DNA of 64,000 nucleotides from Octopus sinensis (Eukaryota). Under the pieces are notes generated by a model. It did not search any database. It had not been told where the DNA came from and saw nothing but the letters and a program-made list of their open reading frames with translations. Below are positions 13,266-26,535 of the stretch, piece by piece. Positions within the stretch are counted from its first letter, which is position 1. Each line of letters starts with the position of its first letter. Where the stretch lies: the NCBI RefSeq assembly GCF_006345805.1, contig NC_042998.1, forward strand, positions 28,706,001 through 28,770,000. Reading direction: 5' to 3'. The translations under genes were made by a program, and so were the position numbers.

Positions 13266-14089
13266 CTGCAAACATATATTGAAACAGATTTTGTATCTTA
13301 GGAGGTTCATTTTGCTAATAACAAACACATGCACTGGCTCTATTTCACTTCTTTTATTAGTCAATTTGTTAGCATTTAACCTCTTAACTCACTGATTGTT
13401 TGATTAATTCTTCAATCGTTTTTGGTATTTTGCAAATTCTTTTCATTGCTATTCATGACATTGTCAATGATGCGCCCACTCTATTTCATGTCTGCTTCAA
13501 TCCTATCTGGATATTTCCTAGTTTAAAGATTGTATGAATGTGGGTGAGAATATATGTGAGAGAGGGCTGGACAGACACCTCAATATTATCTGGGTCACAG
13601 GGGGGACGACGAGATGACAGGGGACCGAGAATCTTGGCCATTTGCTGTGCTTCAGAAGACCTGTTGAGCTAAATAAAATCAAGGTTATCCTTGCATTCAG
13701 ACATGCTCCCTGCATGCCTCTCAATCCATGCATTCCTAATCTTGTGGGCTCATGGGTGCTGATGCCATGTAAATGCACCTGTTCTGGTGCTGTGTAGTGT
13801 TTGGCATCAGGAAAGGCATCCAGTTGTACGTAGAAACCATACCAAAACAGATATGGAGTCTTAGCAGCTCTTCAGCTGAGTAGCTCCTGTTAAACCGTCC
13901 AACTCATGCCAGCATGGAAAACAAATGTTAAAAGATGATTTTCCTTTAATTCTGCTAAGGATAGCATTATATGACTACTGTTGGAGGATAGAATTCCTTC
14001 CTGTTCTAATCTTACACAATGGACAACTGGTAGACATAGACACAAAACATCAAGTCTTCCAAATGCTTATGTAGTTTTAGAATTTGGAG

Positions 14090-14480
14090 ACTGTGCTCGA
14101 GGAGACCTATTGAGTCAAGTACATCAGCATCAAAAGGAAATTGTAGTTGTGATACCTGTGCCGGTGGGACGTAAAAAGCACCATCCAAACGTGGCCGATG
14201 CCAGCGCCGCCTTGACTGGCTTCCGTGCCAGTGGCACGTAAAAAGCACCAACAGATCGTGGCCATTGCCTGATCACCTGGCACCTGTGCTGGTGGCATGT
14301 AAAAAGTACCCATTACACTTACTGAGTGGTTGGCGTTAGGAAGGGCATCCAGCTGTAGAAACACTGCCAGATCAGACTGGAGCCTGGTGCAGCCTTCTGG
14401 TTTCCCAGACCCTGGTCAAACCATCCAACCTATGCCAGCATGGAAAATGGACGTTAAATGATGATGATGATGATGATGAT
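14090..14480 (+). mobile_element. RTE-LINE 3' UTR fragment (family C) with (GAT)n tail
   Basis: GGTTGGCGTTAGGAAGGGCATCCAGCTGTAGAAAC...GGACGTTAAATGATGATG; linked to RTE coding sequence at 28166. Other copies at ~13610-13940, 21893-22105, 24954-25220, 32444-32720, 43300-43576, 47185-47500, 51573-51865, 57722-58040, 60645-60920 and 63650-63860. Confidence 0.8.
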
Positions 14481-14979
14481 GAAGAAGAAGAAATTTGTTG
14501 TTCAGCAAAAAATAAAATAAAAGAACCTTATGTTTGCACTTTTATCCAATTTTAATGAGTATCCAAATTTCATTAAAAGTGGGAAAATTTCATTAGAAAA
14601 TGTGTCAAAAATTTATTGAGAATTCAGAAAAGAATATTTAGTGGTAATTCTTAATGCCATAAATTCATGTTAAACCCCGCAACTGCTAATTATTTTGTAT
14701 TCACTATTGAAAGCACATCAAATTTTATGTTTTGAGCTTTATTTTTTATATTAAGTGAATTTTATTGTGTATTTAGAAATCAGGAAAATTATACCTTTGT
14801 AGGAATTTTTAGATGCAAATGTGAAAATAACTTGATAAACAGGTGAATCCCAGTAGCTTTCAGAAAAAGCAGGTTTTAATATTGAAATCTCTCTGGTTTT
14901 AATGATATAAGTAAAATGCAAATGAAAATGTGAGAAAAGTTAGCTTGCATCTAGAGTATTTCAGAATTTGAATAGGTGT

Positions 14980-15753
14980 ACCTGTGTGGTAAGAAGCTTG
15001 CTTCCTAACCCCATCGTTCCAAGTTCAGTCCTATTGTGTGGCACCTTGGGCAAGTGTCTTCTACTATAGCCTCAGGCTGACCAAACCTTGTGAGTGGATT
15101 TGGTAGATGGAAACTGGAAGAAGCCTGTCATATATGTGTGTATGTGTCTGTGTTTGTCCCCTTATCACCACTTGACAACTGATGTTGGTGTGTTTATGTC
15201 TCCGTAACTTAGCGGTTCGGTAAAAGAGACAGAAAGAATAAGTACTAGGCTTGCAAAGAATAAGTCCTGGGGTCGATTTGTTTGAATAAAGGCAGTGCTC
15301 CAGCATGGTCACAGTCAAATGATTGAAAGAAGGAAAAGAATAAAAAAAGTAAGCGCAGGAGTGGCTGTGTGGTAAGTAGCTTGCTTACCAACCACATGGT
15401 TTCGGGTTCAGTCCCACTGCGTGGCACCTTGGGCAAGTGTCTTCTATTATAGCCTTGGGCCGACCAAAGCCTTGTGAGTGGATTTGGTAGACGGAAACTG
15501 AAAGAAGCCCGTCGTATATATGTATATATATATGCGTGTGTGTGTTTGTATGTCTGTGTTTGTCCCCCTAGCATTGCTTGACAACCGATGCTGGTGTGTT
15601 TATGTCCCTGTTACTTAGCGGTTCGGCAAAAGAGACCAATAGAATAAGTACTGGGCTTACAAAAGAATAAGTCCCGGGGTCGAGTTGCTCGATTAAAGGC
15701 GGTGCTCCAGCATGGCCACAGTCAAATGACTGAAACAAGTAAAAGAGTAAAGA
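14980..15753 (+). mobile_element. Two tandem SINE family A copies
   Basis: Copies at ~14980-15345 and 15352-15753. Confidence 0.85.
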
Positions 15754-16010
15754 GTATTTAAATTTCAAAAAAAAAAATTAACTGATTCAACCAATGCTGA
15801 ACTTAATGTGTTTAATCTATGGCAAATGCACTAAAATACATCCATTTAAAAAGTAATGAGAAAATCTCCTGAGGCAAAACAATTTTTAATGAAGCTCAAG
15901 ACGCTATGAAAGTTGTTATACTTAACAAATTTTATTTACACCAATTTATATCCCTAAACATAAATTTCAAAAATTTACAAATGGACTTCCAGAAACCAGA
16001 CTAGATGGAT

Positions 16011-16249
16011 ATTATCTACATTATTTACATTTGACAGATATTTGTCCTCATCTTGTTTGTTGCTAACACAACGTTTGGCTGATATACCCTTCAGTCTTCA
16101 TCAGGTGTCTTGGGGAAATTTTGAACCTGGGTTCTCATTATAAGGTATTTTTCGATGTTATGATTATTCAGGTCACTGCCTAGAATTGAACTCGGAATCT
16201 TGGGGTTGGTAATCCGTGCTCTTAACCACTATGCCATATGCCCATGGGC
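16011..16249 (-). mobile_element. tRNA-headed, hammerhead-bearing SINE-like element (family H)
   Basis: Head with A and B boxes at 16170-16249; HHR motif at ~16065-16110 has lost the G of GAAA. Confidence 0.75.
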
Positions 16250-16795
16250 AGACGAGATGGATGTTGCTCACATTTTGCCTACCCAGGTAGTGTAAGGTGA
16301 GTAGGAAGTAATAATTTTTATCTCAAGAGAGCAGTTTTACATAGTGGAAATATCCCAATCGTAGCTGTGGCCAGTGCCCCCTGACTGGCTCCTGTGCTGG
16401 TGGCATGTAAAAAGCACCATCTGAATGTGACGAATGCTAGTACTCCCTGAATGGGTCCCATGTCAGTGGCATGTAAAATGCACTGTCCAAATGAGATTGA
16501 TGCTAGGTCTGCCTGACTGGATTCCATGCCATTGGCACATAAAAATGATGATGATATGAAGAAATCGTTTACCTTCCCCTGCCTGGAACTCTTCTTTGCA
16601 CTGCATAACGAAGACATAACACGATGTAGGTAAAGACATTTGAGAAATTTGAAAAGTTAACACGAAACCGGTAATTTCTCCAAAAACTATGTTACTATAT
16701 GCAAAATTTTATAACATTTTTCTAACATAACGACTTAAATATATTCTTTAACCTTATAAAACAAGACTTCTGTAGTTTTTTCACTCTTTTCTATT

Positions 16796-16836
<41 letters not shown>

Positions 16837-16837
16837 G

Positions 16838-17047
16838 TAACCACGTGTGTATCACTGGCGACTTTTTTTTTTCTCTGTCTTCCTTTCCTCCATCTTCCTT
16901 TCCTATGTTTCTGACAAAGAGCTCTGCTCGAAAAGTTAAATCCTCCTTCATTCTTTCTTTTCCTGAGCGTCCAATAACACTATACTTGTACCACGTCCTC
17001 GCATTGTTGTGTTTTCTCTTTGTGTTTCCATGTTTGGATTAACTTTA
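16838..17047 (+). mobile_element. (TA)n-inserted element with decayed minimal hammerhead (16907-16941)
   Basis: GTTT-CTGACAA-A-GAGCtctGCTC-GAAA-AGTT-AAAT; (TA)n on both sides. Confidence 0.65.
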
Positions 17048-17076
17048 TATATATATGTATGTATATATATATATAT

Positions 17077-17095
17077 GTAAGATATATTAAAATAT

Positions 17096-17126
<31 letters not shown>

Positions 17127-17485
17127 GTTAAGATATATTAAAATATATATATATATATATGTTAAGATATATTAAAATATATATATATATATATATATTT
17201 TAAGATATATTAAAATATATATATATATATGTTAAGATATATTAAAATATATATATATATATATGTTAAGATATATTAAAATATATATATATATATATAT
17301 GTTAAGATATATTAAAATATATATATATATATATGTTAAGATATATTAAAATATATATATATATATATGTTAAGATATATTAAAATATATATATATATAT
17401 ATATATGTTAAGATATATTAAAATATATATATATATATATATATATGTTAAGATATATTAAAAAAAAATATATATATATATATAT
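17077..17485. repeat. AT-only-like minisatellite GTTAAGATATATTAAAA(TA)n
   Basis: About 11 units; one more unit at 18492, after the RTE insertion. Confidence 0.9.
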
Positions 17486-18480
17486 CATCATCATCATCAT
17501 TTAGCATCCGTTCTCCATGCTAGCATGGGTTGGACGGTTCAACTGGGGTCTGTGAAGCTGGAAGGCTTCATCAGGCCCAGTCAGATCTGGCAGTGTTTCT
17601 ACGGCTGGATGCCCTTCCTAACGCCAACCACTCCGTGAGTGTAGTGGGTGCTTTTTACGTGCCACCTGCACAGGTGCCAGACAGAGCTGGCAAACGGCCA
17701 CGAACGGATGGTGCTTTTACGTGTCACCGGCACGGGGCCAGGCGAGGCTGGCAACGGACACGAACGGATGGTGCTTTTACGTGCCACCGGCACGGGGCCA
17801 GGCGAGGCTGGCAACGGACACGAACGGATGGTGCTTTTACGTGCCACCAACACGGGGGCCAGACAGAGCTGGCAAACGGCCACGAAACGGATGGTGCTTT
17901 TACGTGTCACCAGCACGGGGGCCAGGCGAGGCTGGCAATGGGCACGAACGGATGGTGCTTTTACATGCCACCAACATGGGGGCCAGACAGGGCTGGCAAA
18001 CGGCCACGAACGGATGGTGCTTTTACGTGTCACCGGCACGGGGGCCAGGCGAGGCTGGCAACGGACACGAACGGATGGTGCTTTTACATGTCACCGACAT
18101 GGGGGCCAGACAGGGCTGGCAAACGACCACGAACGGATGGTGCTTTTACGTGTCACCGGCATGGGGGCCAGACAGAGCTGGCAAACGGCCACGAACGGAT
18201 GGTGCTTTTACGTGTCACCGGCACGGTGGCCAGACGGAGCTGGCAAATGGCCACAAACGGATGGTACTTTTACGTGTCACCGGCACGGGGGCCAGGCCAG
18301 GCTGGCAACGAACACGAACGGATGGTGCTTTTACGTGCCACCTACACGGGGGCCAGACAGGGCTGGCGAACGGCTACGAACGGATGGTACTTTTACGTTT
18401 CACCTGCACGGGGGCCCTGATGTTGATCGACCTCAATTTGGTTTGATATTGATTTTGACTGTTCTCACTGGTCTTGCCGA
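17485..18480 (-). mobile_element. RTE 3' UTR with internal ~61 bp tandem expansion (~12 units, 17650-18420)
   Basis: (CAT)n tail at 17485; unit ACGAACGGATGGTGCTTTTACGTG(T/C)CACC...GGGGCCAG with two alternating variants. Confidence 0.85.
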
Positions 18481-18594
18481 TATATATATATGTTAAGATA
18501 TATTAAAATATATATATATATATATCTTAATATGTACCAAGTAGGATATGTCGTCATCAAGGTTTTACTTCACCTGTTTATACCTGTTTAATAT

Positions 18595-18675
18595 TTTATG
18601 TGAAGATAGTGGATTTATGTTATAATGTAATCTATGAATACACCAATAAAGTTCTCCCGAAACAGCTGTCATAAA
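18595..18675 (+). ncRNA. Decayed type I hammerhead motif
   Basis: TTTAT-GTGAAGA-(long stem II)-GAAA-CAGCTG-TC-ATAAA; palindromic stem III ACAGCTGT; first core base is mutated. Confidence 0.5.
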
Positions 18676-18949
18676 TTTTAAACCCTATTTGTGTTCTGTT
18701 TTTCATACCTATGCCACACCTAGAACCAACCCTGAGTCAGATCTGGGGTGTTAGATTAGATTTAGTGCTTACATATCTACAGTATCCAACCAGTACTCGA
18801 TTCCTTCATGGTTGTGTAACCCACTGTGAACCTGATGCTATTGTACCTAGTCAGATATTGCATCCTGTGTGTTGATGGCCCTAGATTCCAATGAATCCTA
18901 TAACTAACTGTACCAAGAAAACCTATATTTTAGAAAAATATCTCTTATA

Positions 18950-19325
18950 GGTGCAGAAGTGGCTGTGTGGTAAGTAGCTTACTTAAAAACCACATGGTTC
19001 CGGGTTCAGGCCCACTGTGTGGCACCTTGGGCAAGTGTGTTCTACTATAGCCTCGGACCAACCAAAGCCTTGTGAGTGGATTTGGTAGATGCAAACTGAA
19101 AGAAGCCCGTCATATATATGTATATATACATATATATATGTATGTCTGTGTATATGTTTGTGTGTCTGTTTGTCCCCCCCCCCCAACATCACTTGACAAC
19201 TGATGCTGGTGTGTTTACGTCCCTGTAACTTAGCAGTTTGGCAAAAGAGACCGATAGAATAAGTACTAGGCTTACAAAGAATAAGTCCTGGGATCGATTT
19301 CCTTGACTAAAGGCGGTACTCCAGC
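18950..19325 (+). mobile_element. SINE family A
   Basis: Matches consensus; 3' truncated. Confidence 0.85.
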
Positions 19326-20269
19326 AACAACATCATAGGTCAAATTGCATCATGCTACTCTACCAAACTTTGTTCTCTGAAAACAAAAGAAAAAATTGCT
19401 TCATGTTTGACATTCAAAATACATGAAAAACTAGTCTTCAGTTCTTTCTAAATTCCATTCAATAATGCTGTGAAGCAATTCCATTTCCTGGTCTTTGAAA
19501 TATATTAGTAATTAGCAGACTATAATGAATTCATACAGACTTGTGTTCTTTTACATATCATGGAAACAATTATGGCAATCTTAATCCTATTCATTTCTTA
19601 GTAAAGCTTCTAATGCTTATGGCCAAGTTCAGCATAGAAATATAGTATGACTGCTCATATTTATTTAAAAGAATTTCTGTTGCCATTGAAAGCACTGTAA
19701 TTTCAATTCTTACATTCATTCTTCTCTTGACACTTGATGTAAAAGTCAGAAGTCAAAATCACTTGAAAATTCATCTGTTTGGAGTTCAAAAATGGATTCC
19801 TGAATGCATCTGCACCTGAATTATTTCAATGGCTTTTATTTTACAAAATATTAAGGTGATCACAAAAGCTTTCAAAATAGCCCTTTCTGCCAGCAGTGTC
19901 TTCTTAGCCTAAATTTATTCTTCACTCTTAAATCTATTTCCGTCATTACATATTAAAAATGTCACTCACCCTTCCAGTCTTTGACTTTTTGCATCTCTCA
20001 TTCTCAATATATTCATGAACTGTCTTCCTTCCAGAATGGCTTGAAAATTACTTTAATAAAATAATATCAGTCTTTAGCTTTCAAGGTTCTAGTAACTAGA
20101 AATGTACTTTATATGCCCAGAAATATATTTTAGGTAGAAGAGCTTGTGATTAGGAGTACAATATTGGAAAAATGTTTTTGCTAAAATAGACTGAATTTGC
20201 AAAAATTCAAGATGTATACAAACAGAAATAAAAATTCTGAAGAAATTTCATGATATAATAGGTCTTACA

Positions 20270-20620
20270 GTCCTATATTTAAGAGATGGGGAATTATGTA
20301 CATTATTTACATTAAGATTTATATTAGATTTATAAGCCCTAAAAATTCACTCCATAATTGCCCATGGGCATATGGCATAGCGATTAAGAGTGTGGGCTAC
20401 TAACCCCAAGATTCCGAGTTCAATTCCAGTGACCTGAATAGTAATAATAATAATAATAATGATAATAATAACATTGAAAAATACCTTAGGAATGAGAACC
20501 CAGGTTTGAAATTTCCCGAAGACACCTGAAGAAGGCTGGAGGGAATATCAGCTGAGAGGTTGTGTTAACAACAAACAAGATGAGCACAAATATCCGTCAA
20601 ATATGAATAATGCAAATAAT
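20270..20620 (+). mobile_element. Family H element: inverted 3'-end fragment, then full tRNA head, (TAA)n and HHR body
   Basis: Inverted terminus at 20270-20313; head 20360-20434 with B-box GAGTTCAATTCC; decayed HHR at 20521-20566. Confidence 0.75.
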
Positions 20621-20916
20621 GTAGATAATAGGTTTCGTCACCCTTTATGATTCGATTTCTGGGTTGAGCAATATTCATTTTGTATATTTAAGATACCAAC
20701 ATAACAGTGATGCAAATTTTAAAACAAGAAATCAAAAATGCAAGCGCCAAAACTGGTCTGGATCCTACCTTTTCTTAGGAACTTTTGCTGGAAAGTTTCA
20801 GAGACAAGTTTATATTCTAGGTTAGCAAAGAGAAAATTGTTCATGCGTCTTATTCCTGTAAAGCAGAGATTGATTCATCAAATAAGATTTTTTTTTTTTA
20901 AATAACTATTGTCACT

Positions 20917-21351
20917 ATATTATTTACATTTGAAAGATATTTGTCCTCATCTTGTTTGTTGTTAACACAACATTTCGATTGATATACCCATCAGCTTTCA
21001 TCAGATGTTGTGGGGAAATTTCAAACCTGGGTTCTCATTCCTGAGGTATTTTTTGATGTTAATATAATTATAATAATTATTATTATTCTGGTCACTGCCT
21101 GGAATCATACTCGGAATCTTTGGGTTAGTAGCCCATACTCTTAACCACTATGCCTGAATAACAATAGTAATAATAATAATATCGAAAACTATCTTAGGAA
21201 TGAGAAACCAGGTTCGAAATTTCCCCCAAGACACCTGATGAAGGCTGGAGGGTATATCAGCCAAAATGTGTTAACAATGAACAAGATGAGGACAAATATC
21301 TGTCAAATGTAAATAATGTACATAATTACTCCTCTCTTAAATATAGAACTG
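20917..21351. mobile_element. Family H fold-back insertion with 13 bp TSD
   Basis: AACTATTGTCACT at 20904-20916 and 21352-21364; inverted arms each carry a decayed HHR. Confidence 0.85.
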
Positions 21352-21685
21352 AACTATTGTCACTCTTTTAGATTTAGCTTATCTTTGCTTGTAACTTTAC
21401 ATACCGTGTTGTCACTGTATCTAAATTTTCTCCTGTCTTTCATATGTTCAGCCAATGCTTTCTGCATTTTTCGGTTAGTGTGTCAATTTTTCCCCCTCAG
21501 ATATTCTTCACTGCTTGGCATTTCAGTTCTTAGGTTTTGTCCTTTATAAACATCCAGATGTTCTCTTCACATTTCCTTCAAATTGCTCTTTTCAGAAAAT
21601 TCTTTGATGTTTAAATTTTGCAATGTAAGCAACACATTTTTTCTATAACAATTCTATTATAATAAAAGTCTATATTGAGTTTTCT

Positions 21686-21725
<40 letters not shown>

Positions 21726-23364
21726 GCACTAAGGCACAGGTGTGGCTGTGTGGTAAGAAGTTTGCTTATCAACCACATGGTTCTGGGTTCAGTCCCACTG
21801 TGTGGCACCTTGAGCTAGTATCTTCTACTATAGCCTTGGGCCGACCAAAGCCTTTTGAGTGGATTTGGTAGATGGAAACTGAAAGAAGCTCAACATCATC
21901 ATCATCATTTAATGTCTGCTTTCCATGCTGGCATGGGTTGGGCAGTTTGACTGAGGTCTGAAGCGCCAGCGGCTGGATCAAGCTCCAATCGGATCTGGCA
22001 ATGTTTCTACAGCTGAATGCCCTTCCTAACGCCAACGACTCAGAGAGTGTAGTGGGTGCTTTTTACGTACCACTGGCACAGGAGCCAGTCAGGCAGGCCT
22101 GGCATCAAGCATATATACATACATACATACATATATACATATATGTATGTATGTATGTGTGTATGTTTGTGTGTCTGTGTTTGTCCACCCCATCCACCCT
22201 CATTTGGCAACCAGTGTTGGTGTGTTTACGTCCCTCTAACTTAGCGGTTCGGCAAAAGAGACCAATCGAATAAGTACTAAGCATACAAAGAATAAGTCCT
22301 GGGATCGATTCGTTTGACTAAAGGCAGTGCTCCAGCATGGCTACAGTCAAATGAATGAAACCTGTAAAAGAATAAAAGAAAACCAGTAGACTTTTAAATT
22401 AATCCCTTTTAAACCAAAGTGCTTAATCACACACTGCCTGTGTGCTGATGAAATTAACACTTACCATTGTCTGTATCCACAATGAATACAGTATTTCATA
22501 ACTGCAGATAACGAGGTTTATACTTTAGTCAATTAGATTCTCAAGGCCTCTGCGTTTAGTGCTTTTGTCTTTACAGGTTTGCTGTTGTATTGAGATTTTC
22601 TTTTTTTTTTATACACTCACCTATAAAGCTACACCACTTTATATGCTGTTTTCATATGAACTAGTTGTGACTATCTGATACCCTGTTCGCTTGATCATGC
22701 ACAGTTCTCAATTAGACTAACGACATTCAGTTGAATTAACTCTAATGAACTAAATTCAAGGAAGCATTTTCAAAGCTGTTCAACTTCCTCAATTTAACTG
22801 CCAATTTGATCTCCAGCTGACTTGTTTACCTTCAAAGAAGGTAAACATTAGGAAAATATAAAAAAAAAACCTGATGGTCACAGCTAACGATTATGATTGA
22901 GTAATTTGTTTGATCAGTTGCTTCCTTCGTATCATCGAACTGTTTAAACTAACCTGGCTAAGGCTACCTGACAACTATGTATGTTCCGAGCTGACGTTTG
23001 GTAGCGAGTTTTATGGTGCTAAACAAATAAGAGAACCTGGCAAAACACTGACAACAGATTTGAAATTATGAGCCATTGATCATATTGCTTCTATTCCAAA
23101 CATAAAAACCAATTTATCGGATGCAGATGTCCACTCGGGGTTAAAAAATCACTGAAGAGATCCATGGTCCAAATGGTCCAAATGGACAGCCATGTTGAAG
23201 TGGCTATGAACATTATTTGTTAGTACAAATATTGTGTTGATCTTTTAGAGAGATTTTAGAACTAGTATTTTTTGCTTGTTGCAAAATTAGCGACTGCATG
23301 TCACTTTAAATTATATATATTGTGAGCAGAAGTGAGCTACTGCCATCTCTAGCTGACAAGGTGT

Positions 23365-23414
23365 CCAGTACTGAAGAGAGGTAGAGATAGCCTGAAACCA
23401 GGCTGGTCTGCTGA
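23365..23414 (+). ncRNA. Type I hammerhead ribozyme motif
   Basis: CCAGTA-CTGAAGA-gAGG..CCT-GAAA-CCAGgCTGG-TC-TGCTGA; GUC cleavage triplet. Confidence 0.8.
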
Positions 23415-23705
23415 TCCCATCGCTAGAAGATGGTAGGGATTTGTGCCTCTGCTCACAATCTCTTGGATGCAACTGTGCATCATTAACCAGCTAGAAGAGA
23501 TGTCCTCTTGGGGTTAAAAAGAATCACAGTAAAATCCATTGAAACAGACAGCCATGTTGAAGTGGCTATGAACATTATGTGTCAGTACAACTACTGTGTT
23601 GATCTCTTAGAAAGATTTTCGAACTAGCATATTTGCTTGTTGTGTTCACTTGAAATATATATTGTGAGCAAAGTGAGCTGCTATCATATTTAGCAGACGA
23701 GGTGT

Positions 23706-23756
23706 CCACTACTGAGGAGGGACAAAAGTAGCCCGAAACTGGGACTGGTCTACTGG
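23706..23756 (+). ncRNA. Type I hammerhead ribozyme motif (second unit)
   Basis: CCACTA-CTGAGGA-GGG..CCC-GAAA-CTGGgaCTGG-TC-TACTGG. Confidence 0.75.
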
Positions 23757-25425
23757 TCTCATCAACTGGGAGATGGTAGGGGTTTGCTCCCCTGCTTGCA
23801 ATTTTATCGGATGCAGCTGTGCGTCGTTAATCAGCTAGAGGAGATGTCCTCTTGGGGTTAAATTGCAGTAGAGTCTGTTCAAATCCTTTTTTTTTTCTTC
23901 CCCAAATTCGGAACTGATGTAAAGTAAAATTGTTTTCAGAAAGAACTTAAACTCTGATTCTCAGTAAAGCATTAAATCCTTGCATTTTTAACCAATAGCT
24001 GAAATAATCATATGGATATAGCTTTGGCCAGAGAGAATTGAACTATTCAGTGCAAATTCCATCTTGAATTCAACATAGGCCTTTTTTTTTTTATGATTTT
24101 GGACAAAAGGAATAATTCTCTGTGCTCAGTTTACTTGTCTTTTAGGAAAGGGTTATAATTGTTCAGAGAATATCTGCCATTCTCATAATTATTTTTACAT
24201 TACATTTTCTCTGCTTGCATACATTAGATGAGTCTTCTTCAGTACCAGATATTGTCACATTTCTTGACCCCTAACGCTCTTTCTCAAATTTGATCCCTCT
24301 CATCCTTCAGCGTATATCACTTGGCCCTTTCCTTTTTCACATATATCCACACCCTCCACATATATCCTGTGGCATGGGTTGAACGGTTTGACAGGAGCCA
24401 GCAAGCTGCAGAGCTGCCCCAGGCTCCAATTGTCTGTTTTGGAATGCTGTCACTTCTTATTTCTTTACTACCTACAAGGGGCTAAACACAGAGGGAACAA
24501 ACAAGGACAGACAAAGGGATTAAGTCGGTTACATCGACCCCAGTGCATAACTGGTACTTATTTAATCAACCCTGAAAGGATGAAAGGCAAAGTCGACCTC
24601 GGCAGAATTTGAACTCAGAACGTAGCGGCAGACGAAATACTGCTAAGCATTTCACCCGGCGTGCTAACTTTTCTGCCAGCTCGCCACATTAATACAGTCA
24701 CTTCTCTTATACAATTGCATCTGATTCCTCTGATACTCAGTTTTTCTCTCAGCTCATTCCTCTGTTATTCATGCCTACCAACAATACACATCCCACAGAG
24801 TCTACTCACCTCATTTCTTTCCAGTCTTCATGCATCCTCTTCACACACTTTTAGCAAGGGTTGCTAATAATGCATCATTGCATTTTATACCCGAATATCA
24901 TACAATTTACCCTTCACTCAGGGAGAGAATCTCATCATTGTCAGTAGAGGTAATCATCATCATCGTTTAACGTCCGCTTTCCATGCTAGCATGGGTTGGA
25001 CGATTTGACTGAGGGCTGGTGAATCAGATGGCTGCACCAGGCTTCAATATTGATCTGGCAGAGTTTCTACAACTGGATGCCCTTCCTAACGCCAACCACT
25101 CCGAGAGTGTAGTGGATGCTTTTACGTGCCACCAGCATGGGGGCCAGTCAGGCGATACTGGCAACGACCTCACTCAAATCTTTTACACATGCCACCGGAA
25201 CAGATGCCAGTAAGGTGATGCTACTCTCTCTCAATTTATCCACTATTTTCTTTGGTTGAATATTAAGCTTTTCGATCCCCCACTTCCACAACTAGGTCAC
25301 ATAGATAACAAAACCTACCTTCTACTTCTGTTCAGTCATCTTAGCAACATTATAGGCCCCAGGGAGAAATCCGTGCACTGGACCCTATAGTGTTTATTTA
25401 TTGACAGTAAACTATAGTCTACATA

Positions 25426-25990
25426 CGAGGGTGAGTAAAAAAGTAATGCCATTTTATTTAGGACAGGTATAATTACCAACACAGGAACATGTATCATAAG
25501 GTGGTGAGCTGGCAGAAACATTAGCACACCAGGCGAAATGCTTTGCGGTATTTTGACTGTCTTTACGTTCTAAGTTCAAATTCTGCCGAGGTCGACTTTA
25601 GCTTTCATCTTTTCGGGGTCGATAAATTAAGTACCAGTTATGCACTGGGGTCGATGTAATCGACTTAATCTCTTTGTCTGTCCTTGTTTGTCCCCTCTGT
25701 ATGTAGCCCATTGTGGGCAATAAAGAAATAAGAAACATGTATCATACATCAAAATGAAGCTGGTCCTCTGTGGATCACATCCCTACTTTTCAACATAGTC
25801 ACCATTTTGCTCAATAGCAATGTTCTACCTTCGAATGAGAGCATGTATCCCTGCCTCGTAAAATTCTGTTGACTGTTCTTTGAGCCACTTCTTCACAATA
25901 GCTTTCACTTCCTCATCACTGGAATAATTTAGCGCCTTCAGACTATCCCTCTGGCCCCATAAAAGAGGATTTGAGAGGCAAACATTATTG
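25426..25990 (-). pseudogene. Mariner 3' remnant interrupted by SINE B (25498-25731)
   Basis: TA-CGAGGGTGAGTAAAAAAGTAATGCC TIR; YSSDEEVKAIVKKWLKEQSTEFYEAGIHAL...GDYVEK; SINE TSD AACATGTATCATA; small inverted LAPSDY fragment. Confidence 0.75.
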
Positions 25991-26227
25991 AGAAAGAGAT
26001 GGGAGTTATGTCAGATATTTAACTATAACATAAGAGTACATTGATATTTAATTAATTTAATTTCATTCAGTCATGAATTTACGTCCATTCTGTATGAAAC
26101 GATCGTCTGCAAGAATTAAACTTTTTATATATTTTAACAACTCGTTTCCTCCATTTTTAACAAAATTGATGGGATTTATGAAATTTCATTCCATAAATCT
26201 CCATACACTATATATATAAATATATAT

Positions 26228-26535
26228 CGCCGTGATCACCGTGACCGACCAGGATATCAGATGTTGCTATACGTCGCTGGTCAGAATGCGCTTTGCATTG
26301 TTTTAGCCTTCAAATGAGGCCATCCCGCTGGCTAAGTGAGCAGGCCAACAGAAGAATGAGTGAGAGAAAATTGTGGTGAAAGAGTACAACAGGGATCGCC
26401 ACTACCCCCTGCCGGAGCCTCGTGGTACTTTAGGTGTTTTCGCTCAATAAACACTCACAACATCCGGTCTGGGAATCGAAATCGCGATCCTACAACCGCA
26501 AGTCCGCTGCCCTAACTACTGGGCCATTGCGCCTC

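Larger units (their letters stand above)
23110..23885 (+). repeat. Tandem ~345 bp repeat (~2.2 units), one type I hammerhead per unit (retrozyme-like)
   Basis: Shared blocks GACAGCCATGTTGAAGTGGCTATGAACATT at 23185 and 23547, TGTCCTCTTGGGGTTAAA at 23501 and 23846. Confidence 0.8.

Noticed and set aside
17530-18496. Long overlapping ORFs and a CRISPR-like repeat/spacer look
   Set aside because: The 'spacers' are two recurring variants inside a LINE 3' UTR; there are no cas genes and the context is eukaryotic
20360-20434. tRNA genes at SINE heads (also ~12045-12118)
   Set aside because: No proper acceptor stem or terminator; they run straight into repeat bodies
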